Source: Caldisericia bacterium
GTDB taxonomy: Bacteria > Caldisericota > Caldisericia > UBA6126
Direction: 5' to 3'
NCBI GenBank assembly: GCA_023146045.1
Contig: JAGLCW010000201.1
Coordinates: 1 to 62,946, forward strand
Length of the DNA: 62,946 nt
The notes beneath the pieces were generated by a model, which was not told where the DNA came from, did not search any database, and saw only the letters and a program-made list of their open reading frames with translations. Position numbers and translations under genes: made by a program. Shown piece after piece: positions 39,322 through 48,300 of this stretch (positions are counted from its first letter, which is position 1; every line of letters begins with the position of its first letter).

Positions 39322-42300
39322 CTACTTAGTTACAACAATTGTTTTGGTTTCAGCTACCCATTCCACTTCAGCTCCAAGTGCTTCGGTAACAAACCGTAAA
39401 GGAACAAATGTACGTCCATTTTTAATTTCTGGTGCGACTTCAAGTGAAACTTTTTCTTCTTTTTCACCCCTGCTAATTGATGCTTCCTTGCTACCAATAG
39501 AAAGTTCAATGTGAATCGTATCAAAATCGTATGTTAAAATTTTACCCTGTGGTATCCATCCAACAGTAGCACCAATTGCTTCACCAACAAATCTCATTGG
39601 TAACATCGTTCTTCCTTCTTTAATGTAAGGTGGAGCATCAAGTATGTTTTCTTGCTTGTTAATAAAAGCGAGAGAATTTCCTATTTGAAGCTCAATTGCA
39701 ACTTTTGCAACAATAGCCACAGATGTAGAATACTCTTTTTTTGTTATTTTATCTTTTACAGAGAAAACAACACCATTTAAGCCAGCAATAACAGGCATCT
39801 TAACTGTACCTGAAAAAACACCATCTTCATTTATTGGCAATGTAACTGGTGTATCCATGCGATCAATGATAATAATGCTAACCGTATTAGAGGTTGCAGG
39901 AGTAATTTTACCCTGAATTTGTACTGTTGCAGTTAATTGATTACCTTTTTCTGTTTTAACTAATACTGGTAATACTGACGATAAACTCTGCGGAGATGTA
40001 ATATTAAATTTAATATCTGAAGGTTGAACGTATTTAACGCGAATTCTAGGCGTAATACTTCTGTTTCCAGCATCATCAATTGCAACTATATCAATTAGGT
40101 TGTCTCCAGGATTTAATGAAACTAATGAAGTAAACCTTTTTTCTGTAATAGTTGCTGGTCTTCCGTTTACTGTAACTGTAAAGTTGTTATTTTCGTAAAC
40201 TTCACCCTCAACTTTTATCTGTGGTTCGTTAACAACAGCTCCATCACGAGGTTCCATTATATGGACTTCAGGAGCTTTTGTATCAACCTTGAATGACATG
40301 TCTTGTTTTGGTTCGTCAGAAAATCCTTCAGCTACAGAATAATATGTAACCGTGTGTATTCCTTCTGGTGCGGTGATTGCGATTCCCATGTATCTTTGGA
40401 AAGTTTCATCATCCCAGCTATAGAATACCCTCGCAGTTGCTACATCATTGTTGAATAAAATATTTGGAGCTAATTTATACCAACTTGACAAACCATTTGG
40501 AGCAGATGGATTTATAGTAATTTCAGTGTGTAGTATCATACCTATTGTATATGGAGTTGATACCACGGGCATTGGCTCTGCTTTTGTGGCAATAGAAATT
40601 GTGTATTCTCCAGATTCTTTTGGATTCTGAATATTACTTATAGTGACTGTAGCATTGCTATCACTATCAATTGCAATAGGAGATTTAATAATTATTGACA
40701 CACCCTCAGAAACTTCTGGTGTAATAGAGCATACAACTCCATTCATTGTTACATGATGAGCCTGTACAGATCCAATGTCGTACCTACTATCAAATGATGC
40801 TGTGACTGTTTCTCCAACTTCAATTCTTCCATAACCGCCAGTTCTAAACTGAATAGTATATGTAACCTTCTCGGCTTCAGTCAATGAAGAAGAAAGTGAA
40901 ACTTTAACATCACCTAATAATGATGTACCGATTTGATAAGACTCAGACTCTGTTTTTATTGTTTCTTTTGATGTAAACACAGTCAATTTATACATTCCAT
41001 CTCTAGTTGGATTTTTAATCTTAGCTTGAGATTTTATTTCGATGATCACTTTTGAATCATTTTCGATTCTAACTGGTAAAGCCATAATTATTTTGCGTTG
41101 AGCTAAATCTATTTGTGGCCTTGTCATCAATGGAACACTGTTAATTGTTACTGCATTTGCTGGAATAGACGATGGTATTTCAGTATCAGACGGGAAAGTA
41201 ATAGTAACTGAATCTTGATTAACATTTAGCGCTCCAGCTCCACCAACTTGTAGCTCAATTTTGTACTCAGCTATTGCAGCTGGTTGAATTGGCGAAACAG
41301 TAACTTTTATGTTTCTTAATTCAGAAACAATAATTTCATATGGGTCTGTTTGGGTTTGTATTGTATCAGAAGAAGTAGTTAACATTATTTTATAGTCATC
41401 TGCGGCTTTTGCAGGGTTAACAATATCCGCTTCTGCACTAATTTTAATAATTACTAGTGTGTTTGAAGAAACATCTACAGGAATTGTAATTGTTAGTTTG
41501 CTTCTAACTGCTTCAACGTCTGGCGGTAAATGAACAGGTTCACCGTTTACTGTAATTTTACTGCTTTGAATTGAAGAAGGAAGAATGGTTGCACCAGGGA
41601 ATAACATTACTATAGTTCCCTTATCTTTTGTAAGTGAACCTGTTCCAGAAGTTCTGAAAGAAATAATATATTCAGCAGGCATAGAAGTTTGATTTGGTAT
41701 AACTTCAACTTTACCTTCTGATATTCTGGTGTTACTTACCTTTACAGATGGACTTGCTGGGATTTCTACAAAGTTTCCACCTAGCCCCTGTGTTTTAACA
41801 ACAAATGTATACACATTTGGTTGTGCTGGTATTCTAACATTTTCGTATATTATTGTTAATTTATCATTAACGCCCATGTTCATTATTGGCACAGTTACTA
41901 TATTGCCTAAAACCTCTGGAGAATTTCCAAATTCGAGAGAATCTGTCTTTAAATGAACATACCCCTCTGCAGTAGATGATGAAGAAGGTCTTGACCATCC
42001 TTGTGGTATAATAAATTGAACTGCACCACCATTAAGTACTGCATCTGCAGTTAATGAAATCTCAAATTTTTGACTTGTTGCTCCAGCAGAGGCTTGATTT
42101 GGATTAATTGTTGCCCTTCCACTACCATCAGCAGCAGAAACAACTAAAATCTTTGGTTGCGTTTCAACTTTTGCTAAAGAACTCTCTGGATTTTTCTTTC
42201 CGCTAACATCGAATATATACTCTCCAGGAGTACTTGGAGCAGACACTTTGCTATAAGAAAGTGTAAACGTTCTTCTATTTGGCATTTTCATTACATTGAA

Positions 42301-45300
42301 TATTATTCTGTTGCCTTCAATAGCTGGAGGATTAGATATTGTAACTCCAGAACCAGCAATAGCAGTAATAAATCCTTGTCCGCCTGGGGTAGTCATTGGT
42401 TCAGGGAACCCAGATGGTATAGTAACTTCAACAAGTCCATTTGTAATATCTGCAATAGATGTGAATGTCATATTAAAGCTAATGTCGCCTTGGTTTACAT
42501 TTACTCTATTAGGAGTTATTGTAGCCTGTATTGGTGCCTTATCTGACGGTCCAGGTCCTGGGTCAGGATCTTCTGATACCGTAACAACGGCTGTAGCTTC
42601 AAGAATTTTTGTTCCGTAAGTTGCTATCACTCTTACTTTTGAAGTACCTTCAGTTTGAGCATTAAATGTTGTAATCTGTCCAGTTTTTGGACTTAATGTA
42701 CCTGTAGAATCTCCTTCTAAGAACCATTCTATTGATGCTGCAATAGGATTATTATTTTCATCCCATACTTCAGCCTTAAATACTTGAGATTCACCAATTC
42801 CAACAGATGCAATGGTTGGGGTTAAAACTACCCTACCAATTCCAGATGCTACACTTACTTGCGTAGAAACTGTTAATGTCGTATTTCCAAAAGTAACAGA
42901 ACAATTTATTGAACCTGATCCTGCAATTTGTGCAGCGGTAAAAATGGCTTCATTTTTATCAATCGCCGACAAACTACCCGCATTACCAGAAACAGTCCAA
43001 TAATATTGCAAACCAGCTGGAGGGATAATGTTTCCATCTTCGTCATATGAAGTAACAGTCATAGTTTTTCTTTGGTTTTTATCTAGGACTAGTACTTCTG
43101 GATCCATAACAACTTTTGTTAAGTGAAAATCACCACAAATGAAGTAGTCTTCAGATTCTACCCATCTGTTATCTGGTTCTATTGCGCCAGCTTTAATTTT
43201 TAAGCTGAACATTCCAGATGAAGGATTTTGAACTTTAGCTTTTTCCAAAAATTCAACCCTAACAGTTGATAATGCTTGCACAGCTTGAGGAACTCTTATA
43301 TATACTTTTTGTTTATTTACAATTATCTGTGGAAATACTCCAACATTTGCTGGATGGTTATTAACTAGCACTTTATCTCCATCAATAACTGATGGCAATC
43401 TGGTTCCATAAGGAAATTCAATATCAATTGTATCTCCTATTGCCAAGGCATTTACATTTGTGAAAGAAATAGTGTATTTTGCACCAGTTAAATCTTGTAA
43501 ACATGGAGTTACTAGCACAACAGCAGCAGATAACCCTAGTATTGAGTAAGGATCTGATCTTATAAGTAACGGCTCAGAAGAAGTTGATACTTCAAGAGTA
43601 TATGTTCCAGATTGAGATGGATTTTTAATTCCTGTCAATTCTGTAAATTTAAGATCAAGTGTATCCAATGCATTAACATCTGCCGGTACAGTAACAACTA
43701 CCTCATTCGTTTCCTGATTTATTACAGGAGCTTGAGCAAGAGTACCGTCAAAAGTTACAATAGCAAATATATCAGTAACTTTAAGTCTAACGGATCCAGC
43801 CAATATTGACTGTGGCAACGTTGTATCTACTGGGAATTTTATCGTAATAGTACCGATATCTTTTACTAAATTACCAGATGGTCCAGTGTCAAAATTAATT
43901 CTATATTCAACTTCTGCATTTGGCGTTGCTCCTCTTGGTTCTGGAGCTGGCTGGAATAATGGTTCTACAAACCCATTTTTCACCAGTTCTACAGTAATAT
44001 CACCAACAGATGAAAATAGACTAAATGCCGTTGACTCAACTGGGGTTGGTTCAACAGAAGTTAATACAGCTAAGCGATACAATCCAACAGTTGGTGGATT
44101 TTTAATTCCAGCAATATTTGTGAAACTAACGATAACTTCAGACTCTGAAGAGATTCCAACTGGTGTAATGATTTTAATGTATTTCAAATCTCCACCAGCA
44201 TTAACTACCGTTGGTATTGAATCTAGTGCAATTCCATTAACAAAGATTGAATTTGGAGGAATTGAAGTTGTCATTTGTGGATATTGAGAAGGATTTGGAT
44301 CAAATCCAACTGTATAATCGCCTATATATGAAGGATCGAAAAATACTACGATTTCCCCAATATCTTCTAACATATTACCATTAATACCAGTAGTAAATTT
44401 CACTTCATACGCAGTATTTCTTGCATTTATAGCTGCAGGCTCTGCAATTACTCTTGGAATACTGCTAGTTGAAAGTATTGAATAGTAGTTCGATTGTGCA
44501 TAAATTGGTTGAGAAGAAGTTTTCAGTTTCAATTGGTATGATCCAGGTTCTTGTGGGTTTACAATTTGTGCGCCTTTTTCAAATTTCACACAAACATGAT
44601 TACCATTTGGAACATTTATTGGAACTCTAAAAGAAACTGTGTTGCCGTCAATATTTATTGGTGGCATAGCAGAAAAAGTTGGGTTACAAATTGCTCCTGT
44701 CCCAATTTTAATATCTGCAGGATTTAAATAAGTTGGTACTTTTGTACCTTCTGGAAATTCAACAGATATTGAACTAGTATTTGCATAGAGTTGTGCAGAA
44801 GGAATAGCACCCAAATCAAATTCTAATAAGTACTCGGCAAATGTTGCTGTAGTCTTTGGATTTGGATGTGTTATAGGAACAGTTAGATTCTGTACTGCAT
44901 CTCCAATAGTAAATTCCATAGATTCTATTGCTATAGGTTCTTTATTTGTCCAAGTAATCAACTTGTAATTATTTGGTATTGCAGGATTAGAAATGTTAGC
45001 ACTTAATAAAAATTCAACAGTAACCATCTCTTCTGCTTCTACAGAAATTGGTGTTTGAATTTCTATCCATCTATACAGTGCCCATCCTGGTTCATTATCT
45101 ACATTAGGTGGAAGTATTGGTCCAGAATTAACTATAGAGAATACATTACAGTATTGTCCATTAATTTTTACACTTGCTGGAGCCAAATTAGCTACAGGAG
45201 TAGTGTACTGAGTTCCATCAAAACCAATATATATTCTGTCGCTCATACCAACTAATGCGCCATCACTACCAAGCCTAAATTGAACTGTATATTCTGCGAA

Positions 45301-48300
45301 TTGGTTAATAACAGGTGGTACTGGTACAACTTCAGATGGTTTAACAGTTGACCGAATTATATAGTTTCTAGAAATCCCATAATTTGGTTGAGTACTTGTC
45401 TTCACAAGTAAACTATAAATTCCAGCTTCTTGTGGATTAGTAATATTAGCATCTTTGCAAAACATTACGTAAACATTAGAACCTGGAAGAATTGATATTG
45501 GAGTAGGAAATGAGATTTCTTGTCCAATTATTGTTACTGGTTGATTAAGATTTATTCCAACTACCGGTGGGCACGTAACTGCATCTGGATCACCAACACC
45601 CCAAAAAGGTGCAGTGGAAATATAAACTGATCCAGAAGATATGGAAGAAGGTATTTTTGTTCCATGTGGAAACACAAAAGATATTCTATCCAAGTTTTGA
45701 GTTAGTGGTGGTTTTGTTGCAGATGTAACGAAATGCACAATGTATTGAGCATTAAGAGAAACACCATTTGATTTAACAATTACTGAGCGCATATCTATTG
45801 GAGGATTAATTCCTGGAAATGCTACTGAATCTACAATGTTATACAGTTCGGATTTTATATCAATATCTTCTTGAGAAGTATGTGCATAAGCAAATTTTAT
45901 ACCCTCAGTTAATGGGTTTGTTAAAGCACAAGATTCTAAAAAGATAATCTCTAACTCTGACTTAGACTTAATGTCTATTGGAGTTGTTATCTGAAACTGA
46001 ATGTAAGGTGCGCCGTAGATTGGATGCACAATATATGGAGTTGATAAAGTAGTGAATGCACCATTTACTTTAATTGTACTAGGTTGTAGTGCTCCACCTA
46101 CCGCAGGAGAGTTAAGAGGTAAACTAACAAAGATTTTGTCTTCGTTAGCAATTAATTCGTTTACACCAATTTTCATGTTAACCAGATATACTACGCGATC
46201 TCCGCCAATATTGTTTGGCATAGGATAAACAACTAAATCTGTTATTGAACTTCCTATTGCGTAAAAGTCTGATTCTGCATAAAAAGGTTGTGTTGATGTC
46301 ATGGCCTGGATCTTGTAAAGCCCAGATGTTGTTGGGTTTATAACATTAGCATTCTTTTTAAACCTTATGGTAATGTCAGAAGAATTTGGAATAGTAACAG
46401 GAACTGTGATTGCAATTTTAGTGCCTGACACAACAGGAGATACATTTAAGTTAACCTCTGGTCCAACACCTATTTGAATGGTTATTCCAGTCGTTGGAAT
46501 AGTTCTTCCTAATTTTGTTCCACTTGGGAAAGCTAAGGTTATAGTGCCTTGATTTGCTTGAAGACCTAAATCTAAACCCAAGTCTATTGTGTATTCAGCC
46601 TGCATTCCTATTGATGGAGGGTCTACAACTATTGGGGCATTGAAAGTAATGGTATCTTCAATTTGGTAGTATTCAGATTCAACCTGAATTGGCTCTTGGT
46701 CAGTCCAAATAACACCTTTGTAATTACCAGCATCTGGGTTGATTAAACCAGCTGAAGGTAAAATTACCATCGTAACTGATGCACTGGATCTTAAATCCTC
46801 TGGTGTGTAAATTGATATTTCTACCCATCCGTCTATTGCTGGGTAATTTGGATCAGTAGAGGCAACTATTGTTGTAGCTACTTGAGTATAGTTATTGCCA
46901 ACCATTACCGAAGAAGTAGGCAATATTACTGGAACTGGTGTTCCTGTAATAACTTTTTGTAAAATGTGCACTGCATCTGTATTTTTGGCTAAACCACCAT
47001 CATTTCCTATCTTAAATTTATAAGTGTATTGAGCATCGGTTGCGTCTTTTGATCTTGGAGATGGTGTAATTGTAAAGTCTTTAACAGATGTTCCTATTGC
47101 ATAATTTGGTGAAACCCTGTAATAAGGCTGAGATGAAGTTTTTACTTGCAAACTGTAAACTCCAGCAGATGTAGGGTTTTTAACCTTTGCAGATTCTTTG
47201 AATACAATAATTAACACTGGATCTGCTCCAGGAACATTTGGATCATATGTTTCTGGAACTGGGAAAGTTATTGTAGTACTTGAAATAGTTGGAGGTAGTG
47301 TTAGGTCTTTTACAATTCCATTATTTTCTATTGAAATACTACCCTTGTTTATCGATCTTTCTAGTCTAGTTTCACGAGGAAACGCTATTGTTATTGTGTC
47401 AATATCTTTAGTTAATTTTTTAGCGATTGTAATATTTACGGTATATTCAGCTTGCACGCTGGTTGCAGGCGGCTGAACATCTACTGAATTAACTACGACA
47501 GCGTTTTTAATCAAATATATTGGAGATTGCATTTCAATTGGTTCTTTGTTTGTATAAACAGTTGCTCTGTAATTTCCATCTGTAGGATTCTTTAATCCAG
47601 CAGAAGCTGTAAACAAAACTGTAACAGAACCACTTGCTCGAATATCTTCTGGTGGTGATAATTCAAAAAGATACCTTCCACCTGTTAAATCTGTAATAAT
47701 GGGGTTAACAATACAAGTTTTTCCATCAATAGTAACTGAAGCGGCGGCTGGTGCAGGTAATGCACCTAAGTCTAACTCAATAAATATTTTATCTGTTGAA
47801 TTTGCAGTTAGGGCTCCGTTTTTACCAACTTTAAATTTAACTCCATAGTGAACATTTTCACTGTCAGCAGTATCTGGCATAGGTGTTATTTCTATGTCTG
47901 TAACTGAGGAACCAATGTTGTATGGTGGTGACAAGCGATATGCTATTTGTTTTGAAGTATTTACTTGAAGCTTGTAAACACCTGCATTGGTTGGATTTAC
48001 TATTTTCCCGGATTTTTTTAAAATTATGTCAAATGTTGATCCTGCAGGAATATTGCTTGGTACGCTGAAGGTAACAACACTAGAACGTATAGTTGGGGTT
48101 AACACTACATCCACTCCGTCAACTGAAATATCTCCAGGAGATAGGGTTGATGGCAATCTTTGACCAGAAGGTAAGGCAACTGAAATAGTATCTATGTTTT
48201 TGGTTAATGCATCATCTACTGTTACATTAATCGTGTACTCAGCTTCTTCACCTGCAGCTTTTGGGTCAACGGTTACTGCGTTTACATCTATAGCGTCTTG

